Shown here piece by piece: positions 36,820-48,073 of a DNA stretch of 64,000 nt. Position 1 is the stretch's first letter; every line of letters starts with the position of its first letter. The stretch spans positions 6,493 to 70,492 of the forward strand of contig JBKJIV010000078.1 of the NCBI GenBank assembly GCA_046598365.1, written 5' to 3'. The stretch is from Polaromonas sp. Lineage in GTDB: Bacteria > Pseudomonadota > Gammaproteobacteria > Burkholderiales > Burkholderiaceae_C. Below the pieces are notes generated by a model. It was not told the origin of the DNA. It did not search any database and saw only the letters and a list, made by a program, of their open reading frames with translations. A program made the position numbers and the translations under genes.

Positions 36820-39800
36820 TCAAGCCGCAGCCTCAAGAGCGCAGTAGTGACGGATCAGACTCAGCAACTCGTCTTCGTTGTAAGGCTTGCCCAGGTAGTG
36901 GTCGACGCCGAGCTCATCCGCGTGCTCCCGATGTTTTTCCGCAATTCGTGAGGTGATCATGATGACCGGCAGACTACTCAGGCGTACGTCGGCGCGGATG
37001 TTGCGCACCAAATCGAAGCCGTCCATGCGCGGCATTTCGATGTCCGACAATACCAAGGTAGGCCGCTCTTCCTGAAGACGTTCCAGCGCCTGCAAACCGT
37101 CTGCAGCCATGGCCACACGATAGCCCTCTCGCTGCAAGAGGCGCTGCGTCACACGCCTGACAGTGATGGAATCGTCGACGACCAGAATCAGCGGAATTTG
37201 CGGGGCCGCCGGAATCGCGGAAGTGACCGTCGAGAGGCCTCCTTCGGACGACTGCGCACCGGATCGCTCGAGCATGTGCGGCTCGGCACTGTCCGAGCTC
37301 AGCGCACGCGCCTGCGGGCCATAAACCGTTGCGAGCGCTACAGGGTTGTAGATGAGCACGACCGCGCCGGACGCCAACACCGACATACCCGCCAAACCAG
37401 GCAGCCGTGACAGCTGCGGCCCCAGGTTCTTAACCACCACCTCCCGCGTGCCAAGGACTTCATCAACGTGAAGGGCGAGGCGCTGGGCAGCGCTTCGAAA
37501 GATCACCACCGGGGTTGTTTTGGTCTGTGGTTCACTGGTTCGGCGTGAGGCCTGCAGCAGCGCACCCGCCCAGAAGAAGGAAACAGCCTCGCCCGCAACG
37601 TCAATGACGCCAGTGTTATAGGCCTGCTGCAGGTCTTTCGCGGAAATCCTGCGCACGGTTTCAACCACGTTGGCAGGAACACCTATTGAGGAAGTGCCGG
37701 CCCGAAGCATGACCACCTGCGTGACAGCTGTGGTCAAAGGCAAAATCAGCTTGAATTTGGTACCCCGCCCAGCGACCGTGCTGGTTTCAATGCGCCCGCC
37801 AAGCGCGTTGATCTCTGAGCGCACCACGTCCATGCCGATACCACGGCCAGCGAGTTCGGTCACTTGGGTGGCCGTAGAAAAGCCTGGCATGAAAATCAGG
37901 TTGGCCGCTTCATCATCATTCATTTGCTGATCGGCCGCGATCAGCCCTGAGGAAACTGCCTTTTCCCGAATTCGCTGCAAGTTCAAGCCGGCACCGTCGT
38001 CGCTAAATTCGACAGACACATCATTGCCTGATTGCTGCAAGCGCACCGTGATCATGCCGCTCGGGTCTTTTCCGGCTGCAGTGCGGGTCTGCGGATCTTC
38101 AATGCCATGCGCCACGCAATTTCGCAGCAAATGCTCAAACGCTGGCGTCATGCGGTCCAGCATGCCGCGGTCCATTTCGATGGTGCCGCCCTGCAAATCA
38201 AGCCGAACCTGTTTGCCCGCGTCCTTGGAGGCCTGCCTCACAACCCGATAAAGCCGTTCGGAAATACCTTCGAACTCCACCATCCTGGTGCGAAGCAGGT
38301 CACGTTGCAGTTCGCGCGTTTGGCGCGCCTGGGCGATCAAATCATCCTCGGTGGCTTCAACTGTCCGTTGCAAGGTACGCTGAACCGTCGCCACGTCGTT
38401 GACCGATTCGGCCATCATTCGGGTCAGTTCCTGCACCCGGGTAAAACGGTCGAACTCCAGCGGGTCAAATCCGAGCTGAGCCTCTTTGGCTTGCTGCAGG
38501 CGTGACTGCATCTGTGTTTCGGAATGCAGTTCCACGTCACGCAACTGTGAACGCAACCGGTTCAAGTTTCCGCTCAGGTCGTTGAGCGAGCTGCGCAATT
38601 GGTTCAGTTCGGCCTCCAGCCGGGATCGCGTGATCATCACCTCACCGGCCTGGTTGACCATGCGGTCAAGCAATTGTGAACGGACGCGGATCGAACCCGA
38701 TGCCACTGTGCGCAATGGCTGCAATGCGGTAGCCTGCGCAAGAGACATCGTGACTTTACGCCCGGTAGGCTCGACAGTCCCGGTTGCCTCACCCGGCAAC
38801 TCCGGAGAAGCTTGTGCCTGCGCAGCTTGCGCAAGCGGCTGAAGCGGCTCCAGCGTTTCGGGCACATCACCAGGATGACGCAAGGATTCAAAGTTGGCCT
38901 GCATGGCGTCGAAAGTCGCCAGCAAGGAATCAAAGTCCTGAGACGCTGCCGCGTCGCTTCCCAGACGCTCGATATCGGATTCAATGCGGTGGGCCATTTC
39001 ACCCAGGCGCATGGCACCGGCCAAGCGTGCGCTGCCTTTGAGCGTGTGCAAAGCTCGCAAGACCTCGTTGCGTGCACCGTGGTTGTCCGGGCGCGCTGCC
39101 CACTGGCGCAAACCACCGCCCAGCTGAGGCATCAATTCAGCGCCTTCTTCTTCAAATATCGGGAACAAATCCGGATCAATCGCATCCACCGCGTCAAATT
39201 CGTCATCCATGTCTTCACTGAAAGCAGCTGCGACGGATTGGGCGGACACGGGAGCTACGGGTGCTACGGGTGCTACGGGTGCTACGGGTGCTGTCGCAAT
39301 TGGAGCAACGATGGCTTCGGCAGGAAGGGCATCGGGGATGGATGAGGCCGGCAACACAACTGATGCTGCAACCGGTTGCAGAGTCGGGGTGGCAGGTTGG
39401 GATGGACCGGAGGTGTTGGTGATAGCCACGGAGCCAGTGATCATCTGTCCGGAAATCGTCATCACACGGAATGGCGTTACGGGCGCCACGCTGGCATTGG
39501 CAACACTGATGATGTCGACCGTCCCGGACACCGGAGGCTCTTCGTCCTGCGCCTCTGACAAATCAATGGCCCTCAGGGCCTGCAAAATGTTCGGATCGGG
39601 TTGCTTGAGGAATCCGGCGGCAAACTGGTGCAGCAGGCGCCGGATGTCTTCAGCGGCATCAACAAAGGTCTGGTTATGCCGGGTACCGCCCTTGGCGTTT
39701 GGGCCTTGCGATTGCTGCAGTGCATGCTCGAGCGCACGGGCCATTTCCGACAAGGCCTCGAATCCCACAGTAGCCGAGCTGCCAGCCAAGGAGTGAGTCA

Positions 39801-42800
39801 GCGCAAGAGTCGAATCCCCGATAGGGCGGTCCGACTCCATCGTCCACTCAGTGACTTCGGTCACCAACCTGCGCGACCACTCGTCCGCCTCGTTCAGGTA
39901 TACGTTGTAAAGGGGAATCCCAATACGCAGCGTGCCGATGACCTTGACGGGATCCTCTTCAAAGACTTCCGCAGCAACTGATTCGTCGGGTTCAGCTACA
40001 GGTTCTTCTGCCGGTGGCGGGGATTGCGTTTGCGCCGATGGAGCCTGGCCAGTCAGTGGTTCAACAACGCCAAGCTCTTCGATATCAAGGTCGAAAACGT
40101 TCGCCAAGTCATCTGCTGACGCCTCGGCCACAGCGGGCAACGGCGCAACAAGCTGGATCTCAGCGGCTGCCGGGGAAAGGAAATGGGAATCAAAATCGGC
40201 CGCGGACAACTCCATGGCATCGGGAGCAGCCGCCGGCGACAACTCGGGCAAGTCCAGTTCGAAGTCACCCTCCGCGAAGGTCTGCTCGGGCGCCACAGTG
40301 CCTGCCTCTGCTGTGCTCAAGGCCGCCAGACTGTCAAAGTCAATGCCCTGAATATCGGAAAGTTCGATTTCGGCCTCAACGACGGGCGGTTCCTCAGCCA
40401 ACGCTGCAGGCACGGCGACTTCCTGGGCTGGAGCATCCAGCCCAAAGTCAAAATCGATATCTGTTGCCACCTGCAGTTCTGCTGCCTCTTGCGGCGCAGC
40501 GAGCTCGGCCGCCTCAACAGCGGGGGCTTCTGCAGGTGCTGGCATGTCCATCACAGCGGGCTCGGCGGACATGGCGGGCTGCTGTAGCGCGAAAAACCGC
40601 CCTTCGGTCCGCATGGCATCAGCCGATGCACGAAAGGCAGACGACTTCCACGACGTTTCGCGATTGGCCGCAATATCGTCGATCCAGGCGACGAATCCAG
40701 CCATAACCTGTACACACAGGGTTCGGAATTCATCGTTGGATGACTTTTGCTCAGCCAACCAGCCGTTAAGCAATTGCTCCATTGACCAAGCGGCCTCACC
40801 GAACTCGTTGAGTCCGACCATGCGCGAACTGCCTTTGAGCGTATGAAAGGCGCGGCGAAGTATCGTGAGTTCCCCTATATCTCCGGGCTCAGCGGCGAGC
40901 GCAGCAACAGCGGCTTCAGCCTGCCCTGCGACCTCTCGCGCCTCCTCCAGAAAGATATCGCGCAAATCATCTTCTTCAAAATCTGCGGAGGCCGCAGCCG
41001 AACCCGCTGGCGCGGGCTCTGGCACCGTTGCCGGAGCCGCGGCGGCTACCAGCCCGGTCAGGGAGCTGGTGGCCATCGTCACAGGTTGCTCGACAACCGC
41101 GATCGCGGCATTGCGGGCGGTTTGTGCAAGCGCAGGTTGCTCAGCCAAGGCCGCGTGCGTAGCCAGCACATCCAGCTTGACGCTGAGGTTCTCCACGGAG
41201 GCGCCTGCCTGGGCATCCTGCACAACGGACAATACTTGCTGGGACAACTCGCTCTGGACCGCCGCCGTGGCAGCCATGTCGACTTCGCTGCGGATACGAC
41301 CCATGACAGGCTTCAGCTCTCCAGTCTTGTCGTCATAGACGAAAAGTTTTTTCGCAAGTGCCGGCTGGTAATTGAGCATGTCAATCAAAAAGCTCAAAGC
41401 ACCCAGATTGTTTCCGAGCTGATCAAAAGTCCCGGCTGACCGGGCCATTTGTTCGTCTACCTCTGTCACCAGCATCTGCTCCACGCTCTCGCGCATTCGC
41501 ATCACCGCTTGCGAGGCCTGGTCAAGCCCGAGGACGGAAAGTACGCCCCGCATTTGCGCCAATTGCCCTGGCACAGCGGCAAGAGACCCTTTTTCCTTGG
41601 GGTTGCGGAAAAACTGGTCCAGTGATTTTTCGAGCTCACTGAGGGATATGCGCAGCTCACCGACCACGCTGCCCATGGTTTGTTTATCGCTGACGCGTCG
41701 GTACAACTCCTCCATCCAGGATTCGAGGGGCTGTGCATCGCCACCCGTGCGGACGCCTTCCAGCCGCTCAGCCAGCCGCGCGGTACGAACGGTCAGTTGT
41801 GGGTCGTTGGGGTCCAAGTCGTCAAAGGCCGCTTCAAGATAAAGCACAGCCGTAGCGACCTCCAGTGCCAACTCAAGCGGAGGTGCCTGTGCGGAACGCA
41901 CCGTCGTGTCAACCACCCGCGTCAGGGCCAGCGCCAGTGGGCCGCTGGGCGGATGTAGCTTGACGAGTGAGTCCGTCACAAGACTGAACTGGTCAGCCAG
42001 AGTCTTGAACTTGCCGACGTCGCCTGCCGTCAGCGAAGACCATGTCTCCTTGGCCGACACAATGCGTTTTCGCGCCTGCGCCAGCAACGCTGGGTCAAAG
42101 CGACCAAATTGAACCTCTTCATAGTCCACAGGTTTGAATCGGGCAAGCCCATAGCTTGACCGGATTGCTGCCAAGGTGGGTGCGTCACTCGGACGGGGAG
42201 GCTGTGCCTGGGCACAGAAAAAAAGCAAGTCCTGGGCGAGCCTGTCGGACGCATTGGTGCTGCCTTTTGCAAAGGCAGCGTATTGCAACAAAACGCGCGA
42301 GGCGGCCCGCTTCACGTAGATATCGACTTTCAACAACCCCAACGCCATCGCCTCAAAATAGGCCGCAGCGATTTTCCAGAAGACTCTGGGCTCAAGACTC
42401 TGGTCGGACTGCGCAAAGCCGAGACACATGTCCCTGAATGTCTGCGCAGCCTGAGCGTCCCCGCCCCGCATGATTTTCAGGACCAATGGGTCCATCAGTT
42501 GTCTTGCTGAATCGCTGTAAGCCCTTGCCTCAACAGTGCTTGCGAGGACCGGATCTATCCATCGCCACTCAAAAACCCACAGGTCCGCAGGATGAATCCG
42601 ATCGGCGCCAACCAGCCCCTGGATATCACGGTATTGGGGGAACAGGGAAACGGCAGACACCGGCCTGTCGGCCAGTACACCCTCAAGATATTCTGTTAGC
42701 GCAAAACTGGCCAGCTCCACCTTGGCTGCCGCTTCCTGATTGCACTGTTCGGGGTGTTGCACGAACCGTTGTACCGCTGCCTCCATGGAACGCAAGACCA

Positions 42801-43080
42801 AAGCTGGCGCGCCCAAACCCACCATTTCAAGCGCACCAACGGCTTGGTGCAACTGCTGCCGTGCGATTCGCAACTGGCTGGCATCAAGCGCGGCAAGGTC
42901 GGAGCCGCGAGCCATTTCGGCGTCGCGTACGAACCGCTTCAGGGCTTTAGCCGATCCATCCAGCGATTTGCGAAGCTCATCCAGCACCCACGCAAGCGGG
43001 CCCAGATCATTGACAGCCAGGTCAAGCTCAGCGGCTGAAGAATTCGGATCGTTCGATTGCATAGATGGAAAGCCGGTCAT
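36820..43080 (-). CDS. chpA: Pil-Chp hybrid histidine kinase (multi-Hpt, CheA-like, CheW, receiver)
   Basis: Hpt motifs (HTLKGS x2, HSLAGS), HLLRNCVAHGIE, GRGIGMDVV, C-terminal REC domain DIEMPRMDG. Confidence 0.92.
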   Translation of the reverse strand: MTGFPSMQSNDPNSSAAELDLAVNDLGPLAWVLDELRKSLDGSAKALKRFVRDAEMARGSDLAALDASQLRIARQQLHQAVGALEMVGLGAPALVLRSMEAAVQRFVQHPEQCNQEAAAKVELASFALTEYLEGVLADRPVSAVSLFPQYRDIQGLVGADRIHPADLWVFEWRWIDPVLASTVEARAYSDSARQLMDPLVLKIMRGGDAQAAQTFRDMCLGFAQSDQSLEPRVFWKIAAAYFEAMALGLLKVDIYVKRAASRVLLQYAAFAKGSTNASDRLAQDLLFFCAQAQPPRPSDAPTLAAIRSSYGLARFKPVDYEEVQFGRFDPALLAQARKRIVSAKETWSSLTAGDVGKFKTLADQFSLVTDSLVKLHPPSGPLALALTRVVDTTVRSAQAPPLELALEVATAVLYLEAAFDDLDPNDPQLTVRTARLAERLEGVRTGGDAQPLESWMEELYRRVSDKQTMGSVVGELRISLSELEKSLDQFFRNPKEKGSLAAVPGQLAQMRGVLSVLGLDQASQAVMRMRESVEQMLVTEVDEQMARSAGTFDQLGNNLGALSFLIDMLNYQPALAKKLFVYDDKTGELKPVMGRIRSEVDMAATAAVQSELSQQVLSVVQDAQAGASVENLSVKLDVLATHAALAEQPALAQTARNAAIAVVEQPVTMATSSLTGLVAAAAPATVPEPAPAGSAAASADFEEDDLRDIFLEEAREVAGQAEAAVAALAAEPGDIGELTILRRAFHTLKGSSRMVGLNEFGEAAWSMEQLLNGWLAEQKSSNDEFRTLCVQVMAGFVAWIDDIAANRETSWKSSAFRASADAMRTEGRFFALQQPAMSAEPAVMDMPAPAEAPAVEAAELAAPQEAAELQVATDIDFDFGLDAPAQEVAVPAALAEEPPVVEAEIELSDIQGIDFDSLAALSTAEAGTVAPEQTFAEGDFELDLPELSPAAAPDAMELSAADFDSHFLSPAAAEIQLVAPLPAVAEASADDLANVFDLDIEELGVVEPLTGQAPSAQTQSPPPAEEPVAEPDESVAAEVFEEDPVKVIGTLRIGIPLYNVYLNEADEWSRRLVTEVTEWTMESDRPIGDSTLALTHSLAGSSATVGFEALSEMARALEHALQQSQGPNAKGGTRHNQTFVDAAEDIRRLLHQFAAGFLKQPDPNILQALRAIDLSEAQDEEPPVSGTVDIISVANASVAPVTPFRVMTISGQMITGSVAITNTSGPSQPATPTLQPVAASVVLPASSIPDALPAEAIVAPIATAPVAPVAPVAPVAPVSAQSVAAAFSEDMDDEFDAVDAIDPDLFPIFEEEGAELMPQLGGGLRQWAARPDNHGARNEVLRALHTLKGSARLAGAMRLGEMAHRIESDIERLGSDAAASQDFDSLLATFDAMQANFESLRHPGDVPETLEPLQPLAQAAQAQASPELPGEATGTVEPTGRKVTMSLAQATALQPLRTVASGSIRVRSQLLDRMVNQAGEVMITRSRLEAELNQLRSSLNDLSGNLNRLRSQLRDVELHSETQMQSRLQQAKEAQLGFDPLEFDRFTRVQELTRMMAESVNDVATVQRTLQRTVEATEDDLIAQARQTRELQRDLLRTRMVEFEGISERLYRVVRQASKDAGKQVRLDLQGGTIEMDRGMLDRMTPAFEHLLRNCVAHGIEDPQTRTAAGKDPSGMITVRLQQSGNDVSVEFSDDGAGLNLQRIREKAVSSGLIAADQQMNDDEAANLIFMPGFSTATQVTELAGRGIGMDVVRSEINALGGRIETSTVAGRGTKFKLILPLTTAVTQVVMLRAGTSSIGVPANVVETVRRISAKDLQQAYNTGVIDVAGEAVSFFWAGALLQASRRTSEPQTKTTPVVIFRSAAQRLALHVDEVLGTREVVVKNLGPQLSRLPGLAGMSVLASGAVVLIYNPVALATVYGPQARALSSDSAEPHMLERSGAQSSEGGLSTVTSAIPAAPQIPLILVVDDSITVRRVTQRLLQREGYRVAMAADGLQALERLQEERPTLVLSDIEMPRMDGFDLVRNIRADVRLSSLPVIMITSRIAEKHREHADELGVDHYLGKPYNEDELLSLIRHYCALEAAA
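39254..39292. repeat. 9-bp tandem repeat (GCTACGGGT x4 + GCT) inside chpA
   Basis: Perfect repeats; encode an APV-repeat linker. Confidence 0.9.
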
Positions 43081-43118
43081 AAATCAGAGGTAACGGGCAG
43101 GAGCAGCTCAGGCGCTCA

Positions 43119-45431
43119 TCAGGCAATCTTGAATCGTGAGACAGATTGCCGCAGTTCTTCCGCCATGCGTGACAAATCCCGCACCTGCTGGGCGGTAGAA
43201 CGGGTACCCTCTCCGGTTTGCTCTGTCACCGCGAAAATATGCTGGATGTTTCCAGCCACCACGTTGGCTGATTCGGCCTCCCTGGATGCAGAGGTGGAAA
43301 TCTGCTCAATCAGGTCGGCCAGTCGGCGTGACACCAAGTCAATTTCTGACAAGGCAGTGCCGGCGCTGTCGGAAAGTTTTGCCCCTTCCACCACACCCTG
43401 TGTCGAGCGCTCCATAGCGGCGACGGCATCCTGTGTGTCGGTCTGAATTGCTTTCACCAGCGCGGAAATCTGGCGCGTAGCGTCTGCGGAACGCTCAGCC
43501 AGCCGCTGCACCTCCTCGGCAACCACTGAGAAGCCCCGTCCGGCTTCACCGGCTGATGCCGCTTGAATAGCCGCATTAAGCGCCAGCACGTTGGTCTGTT
43601 CGGTAATGTCGGAGATCAGCTCTGTAATCTCGCCAATCTCCTGGGAAGATTCACCCAGCCGTTTGATCCGTTTGGAGGTTTCCTGGATCTGGTCGCGGAT
43701 GGAGTTCATACCACCAATCGCGTTTTGCACAGCTTGCAGGCCCGACTCTGCAGCGGTCAGTGATTGGCGCGCCACCTGGGAGGATTCCTGCGCCTGACTG
43801 GACACCTCGTTGATTCGGGTCGCCATGTCGAGCACGGACTGGCCGGTTTCACGAATTTCGCGCAGCTGCTCAGTTGACGCAGCCAGCAGTTCGGTTGAAG
43901 TGCTTTCCACCTGTGCAGTAGTCTGCGCCACCCGTGTCGCCGTGTTCTGTACGTTACCGACCAGCTGGCGCAACTCCTCTACCGTGTAGTTCACCGAGTC
44001 GGCAATAGCTCCGGTGATGTCCTCGGTCACCGTTGCCTCCTGAGTCAAGTCGCCTTCAGCAACCGTCTGCAACTCGTTCATCAATCGCAAAATGGCGGCC
44101 TGATTGGCGTCGTTGACGCGCTTGGCGTCCTGCTCCTGACCTTTGGCCTCTTGTCTCTGGCTCTCTGCAATACCCTGACGCTGCAAGCTGTCCAGCACCT
44201 GCAAACGCGCCAAACCGACTGCACATAGAAGGGCAAAGGCAGCAGCAACGGCCAAGGTCGTCAGTGGGCCGACACCCAGACCGGTCTGGGAAGACAGCTT
44301 GCCCTGAATGTCTTCCAGGCCACGGCGCAAGGGCTCGCTGTCCGAAATAATCGATGCCTGCGCCTCACGAGCCGACACCAGGCCCTGCAAGTTACCCAGA
44401 ATCGCACCGGCCTGTACCCGGGTCTGTTCATACAATGCCATCAGGGCTTCAAGCCGCTCACGCGTCTGTGGATCTTTGGAGCCGGCAAGTCGCAGCTCGG
44501 GGCTTCCTTCCTGCAGACCCTGGGCAATTTCCTTGAAGGAGTTCAAGTCCTTACCCAGAAGAAAAACCGCCTCCGGGCTCACGCCTTCCATCGTCAGGAA
44601 CTCATTGGCAGACTTACCAATGCGCTGGGTCAACATCACAAGCTGGCCTGCTGCTGAAATCTCCGCCGGGGCCGCATTTTGTTGCAACTTCAGGGAGGAC
44701 ACCGTCTCTGCAATCTCAAGCAGGTCGGAAGATTGCCGGTTGATGGTGCGCAGCGCGTTACCCACCTGCGTCAAAATGGCCTGCTGCCCCATCACGGTGG
44801 ATGCGTTTTTCTCGGCGCGCTCCATCAGAGGCGTGACGGTTTCCACGTCTGGCATGAGCTCAGTGTTCACGGGCTCGAGCCGCAGGGACTCGTCCCCCGC
44901 CTTTAATCCGCGCACGGTTTTAGCCAACACGTCGGAGCTCTCGCGAACGTCGGGGAATGCCTGTGCGCTGCCCACCAGCGCTTGCGAAACGGACTTGGCC
45001 AGCCGCTGCGACTGCATCAGCGATTGTCCGGTAGCCGCCACCTGCTGCGCGACCCTGTCAGCCTGAGCCAGCGCAATGTATGTCACCGAACCCAGCACAA
45101 TGACGGCGAAAGTCATCAAAACCACAAGCACACGCTGATGCTGGCCCATGGGCCTGCGCCCCAGTATCGGCAGCTTCAGCAACTCGACTTTCTCCTCCGC
45201 CGAATCCTCTCCGTCCATGCTGTCAGGGCCCTGATTGCCACTCTCGGCCGTCTGCATCTGCTCCGATGGTGCAACAGGGGCAGCGGTCATCGCGGTCGTG
45301 TTGACCGACGCGTCCATCGACCCGGTGACCAAGGGATCTACCGACATGTCCAGCGACACATGATCCATGCTGTCTGGGGGCGACTCAGACTTTCTGCTGA
45401 ACAGGTTTCTAATTTTGTCAATCACAGCCAT
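43119..45431 (-). CDS. pilJ: Methyl-accepting chemotaxis protein PilJ
   Basis: Two TM segments, MCP hairpin [26 protein letters not shown]; operon position. Confidence 0.92.
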   Translation of the reverse strand: MAVIDKIRNLFSRKSESPPDSMDHVSLDMSVDPLVTGSMDASVNTTAMTAAPVAPSEQMQTAESGNQGPDSMDGEDSAEEKVELLKLPILGRRPMGQHQRVLVVLMTFAVIVLGSVTYIALAQADRVAQQVAATGQSLMQSQRLAKSVSQALVGSAQAFPDVRESSDVLAKTVRGLKAGDESLRLEPVNTELMPDVETVTPLMERAEKNASTVMGQQAILTQVGNALRTINRQSSDLLEIAETVSSLKLQQNAAPAEISAAGQLVMLTQRIGKSANEFLTMEGVSPEAVFLLGKDLNSFKEIAQGLQEGSPELRLAGSKDPQTRERLEALMALYEQTRVQAGAILGNLQGLVSAREAQASIISDSEPLRRGLEDIQGKLSSQTGLGVGPLTTLAVAAAFALLCAVGLARLQVLDSLQRQGIAESQRQEAKGQEQDAKRVNDANQAAILRLMNELQTVAEGDLTQEATVTEDITGAIADSVNYTVEELRQLVGNVQNTATRVAQTTAQVESTSTELLAASTEQLREIRETGQSVLDMATRINEVSSQAQESSQVARQSLTAAESGLQAVQNAIGGMNSIRDQIQETSKRIKRLGESSQEIGEITELISDITEQTNVLALNAAIQAASAGEAGRGFSVVAEEVQRLAERSADATRQISALVKAIQTDTQDAVAAMERSTQGVVEGAKLSDSAGTALSEIDLVSRRLADLIEQISTSASREAESANVVAGNIQHIFAVTEQTGEGTRSTAQQVRDLSRMAEELRQSVSRFKIA

Positions 45432-45462
45432 GATGTGCCTTCCAGGGAAAAAACGTATAGCG

Positions 45463-45993
45463 CTAGGCGCTGATGGTCAGAAAATGAGCTTGCTGCGCGA
45501 GTAGCTGCAGGTTGATTTCCTGCCAGCTGACACCGTTTGCGTCCACATAACTGTGGCCAAAAAATTCTGGCGCTTCTGGCGACTTTTCGGAGAAATCGGT
45601 AAAGGCTTCGGGGTTTCGCAGCCCGGACAGCTTGTCAACCTGCAAGGCGCAATTGATCTCGAGCGCGCTGTTCAGCGCAACGAGGCGCGATTCCGTGCGC
45701 GCCAATTCGTTGCGGGCTGGCGGTAGTTTTCCGCTGACAAAACTTGCCAGATCAACGACACCATACAAGCCGCCTCGCAAGTTGGCAACGCCGGCAAACC
45801 AAGTCTGGGTGTAAGGGACATTTTGCGCACTGACCCACGGAAAGATCTCACCAGACTGGTTCAGTGGAAACAGGTATTTCGATCCGCCCGCCTCGACAGC
45901 GAGCCACGAAGCCGAAACACCTTGAGTCTTGGCAGCCTGCAACCTCTCAGCGAGGCGGCTCTGCAGTTCCCGAAGTGCTTGTCGATTGGCCAT
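45463..45993 (-). CDS. pilI: CheW-like adaptor PilI
   Basis: [24 protein letters not shown]. Confidence 0.88.
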   Translation of the reverse strand: MANRQALRELQSRLAERLQAAKTQGVSASWLAVEAGGSKYLFPLNQSGEIFPWVSAQNVPYTQTWFAGVANLRGGLYGVVDLASFVSGKLPPARNELARTESRLVALNSALEINCALQVDKLSGLRNPEAFTDFSEKSPEAPEFFGHSYVDANGVSWQEINLQLLAQQAHFLTISA

Positions 45994-46016
45994 GCTTTAG
46001 TGGAGTCGGAAGGGGT

Positions 46017-46382
46017 TCAACCCAGCGCCTTGATTTTGGCCATCAAATCATCGACATCAACAGGCTTGGTGATGTAGTCCTTGGCACCTTGCCGCATACC
46101 CCAGACACGGTCCGTTTCCTGGTTTTTGCTGGTGCACATGATGATCGGCACGTCAGCGTACAGCGGATCGCGGGTGATGGCTCGCGTCAACTGAAATCCG
46201 TTTTGGCCAGGCATCACCACATCCATCAGGATGAGATCGGGCTTTTCCTCGGCAAGGCGGCGGAAAGCGTCCTCGGAATTTTCGGCCGTTTTGACAGAAA
46301 ACCCGTTCTTGCCCAGCAAGTCGGTCATGAACATCAACTCTGTTTTAGAGTCGTCCACAATCAGAATTTTTTTAATCGCCAT
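46017..46382 (-). CDS. pilH: Response regulator PilH
   Basis: ILIVDDS, MDVVMPG, TDRVWGMRQGA. Confidence 0.92.
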   Translation of the reverse strand: MAIKKILIVDDSKTELMFMTDLLGKNGFSVKTAENSEDAFRRLAEEKPDLILMDVVMPGQNGFQLTRAITRDPLYADVPIIMCTSKNQETDRVWGMRQGAKDYITKPVDVDDLMAKIKALG

Positions 46383-46393
46383 AGCGTTACTCC

Positions 46394-46780
46394 TTATTTT
46401 GCGCTGCCAAGTTCTTGAACCGTGTGCAGCAATTGATCTTTGGTGAATGGTTTGGTCAGATAGTCCTGTGAGCCTACCATCCTGCCGCGCGCTTTGTCGA
46501 AAACACCGTCCTTGGAGGAAAGCATCACAATCGGTACCTTTGCAAACCGCTCGTTGCGCTTGATGATTGCGCAGGTCTGGTAACCGTCCAGACGGGGCAT
46601 CAAAATGTCGCAGAAAATCAGGTCAGGCAAATAGTCATTGACTTTGGAGAGGGCATCAAAGCCGTCTTCTGCCAGCAGCACCTCATGGCCACCTTGCTTC
46701 AGAAATATCTCAGCGCTGCGCCGTATGGTATTGCTGTCGTCGATGACCAGGACTTTGAGTCCTGAGCTGGGAATACTCAC
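46394..46780 (-). CDS. pilG: Response regulator PilG
   Basis: IDDSNTIRRSAE, DILMPRLDGY, SSKDGVFDKARGR. Confidence 0.92.
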   Translation of the reverse strand: MSIPSSGLKVLVIDDSNTIRRSAEIFLKQGGHEVLLAEDGFDALSKVNDYLPDLIFCDILMPRLDGYQTCAIIKRNERFAKVPIVMLSSKDGVFDKARGRMVGSQDYLTKPFTKDQLLHTVQELGSAK

Positions 46781-46854
46781 TGGCTGTGCTCCTTAATACG
46801 CGCGGCGTCCTTCATGACACTCCTCGCGATGACATGAACAACTGGTCCCGTCAT

Positions 46855-47028
46855 TCAGATCTCGACCATTTCAAAATCCTCTTTTCGCGCGCCGCATTCT
46901 GGGCAAGTCCAATTCATGGGCACCTGCGCCCAAGGCGTACCTGCTGCGATGCCATGCTCTGGCGCGCCGACTGTCTCGTCATATATCCACCCACAAATTA
47001 AACACATCCACGTCATTGTTTGAGTCAC
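46855..47028 (-). CDS. Rubredoxin (absent from the ORF track, <60 aa)
   Basis: Manual translation: MTQTMTWMCLICGWIYDETVGAPEHGIAAGTPWAQVPMNWTCPECGARKEDFEMVEI; two CxxCG knuckles; alternative ATG at 47016. Confidence 0.93.
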   Translation of the reverse strand: MTQTMTWMCLICGWIYDETVGAPEHGIAAGTPWAQVPMNWTCPECGARKEDFEMVEI

Positions 47029-47110
47029 AGCTTAAGTTGCCTTCGAATAGAATGCAACAATTGTATCGAGGCGGCGTTGCTTATTCGCGTACAAGGCAAA
47101 ATCGGGCCCT

Positions 47111-48073
47111 ATGGCAAACCCCAACACACCTCCTCTGGATACCCGCCAAATGCAAGCAGAGGAAGGCGAAACATCTCCCGCTTGCGTGATGACATTCAAC
47201 GCCAACGACCCCAGTGGCGCTGGCGGCCTGACTGCTGACATCAGCGCCATTGTTTCTGCCGGCGCGCACGCCCTGTCCGTGGTTACCGGCACCTATGTGC
47301 GCGACACAGCGGAGATCTTCGACCATATCTCATTCGATGAAGATGCCGTCACCGAACAGGCCCGCACGGCGCTTGAAGACATGCCTGTCAGCGCCATCAA
47401 GGTGGGCTTTGTCGGTAATCCCGAAAACATCAGCGCCATCGCAGAAATTGCCTCGGACTATGCAGACGTGCCGCTTATTGCCTACATGCCGAATCTCTCG
47501 TGGTGGGAGGAGGAAGCCATCGACAGCTATCTCGACGCATTTCGCGAGCTGATGCTGCCGCAGACCACTGTGCTGGTAGGCAACCACAGCAGCTTGTGGC
47601 GGTGGTTGTTACCCGACTGGGCGGGTGAAAAGAGCCCCTCAGCGCGGGACATCGCTAAAGCAGCCGCCGAATTCGGAGTTCCCTACACCCTGGTAACCGG
47701 CATGCCTCTGCCGGAACAATTTATAGACAACGTGCTGGCTACACCCCAAACCGTCCTGTACAGCGAAAAATTTGAACGCTTTGAGGCCGTGTTTGCTGGC
47801 GCCGGCGACACGCTGACCGCCGCGCTTTCCGCGCTGCTGGCCAACGGTCACAACCTGCAGGCCGCCACCACCGAGGCTCTAACCTACCTTGACCACAGCC
47901 TGGATGCGGGTTTTCACCCAGGCATGGGCAACATCGTCCCAGACCGCCTTTTTTGGGCGCAAACGGAAGGCGATGAGGCTGACGGAGAGGATGTGGCGGC
48001 CGACAGTGACTCCCCAGACCCGATGCTTAGCCTGCCCCCCTTCGATTTACCTTCCAATGGCACCAAACACTGA
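47111..48073 (+). CDS. ThiD-like hydroxymethylpyrimidine/phosphomethylpyrimidine kinase family protein
   Basis: [28 protein letters not shown]. Confidence 0.8.
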   Translation: MANPNTPPLDTRQMQAEEGETSPACVMTFNANDPSGAGGLTADISAIVSAGAHALSVVTGTYVRDTAEIFDHISFDEDAVTEQARTALEDMPVSAIKVGFVGNPENISAIAEIASDYADVPLIAYMPNLSWWEEEAIDSYLDAFRELMLPQTTVLVGNHSSLWRWLLPDWAGEKSPSARDIAKAAAEFGVPYTLVTGMPLPEQFIDNVLATPQTVLYSEKFERFEAVFAGAGDTLTAALSALLANGHNLQAATTEALTYLDHSLDAGFHPGMGNIVPDRLFWAQTEGDEADGEDVAADSDSPDPMLSLPPFDLPSNGTKH

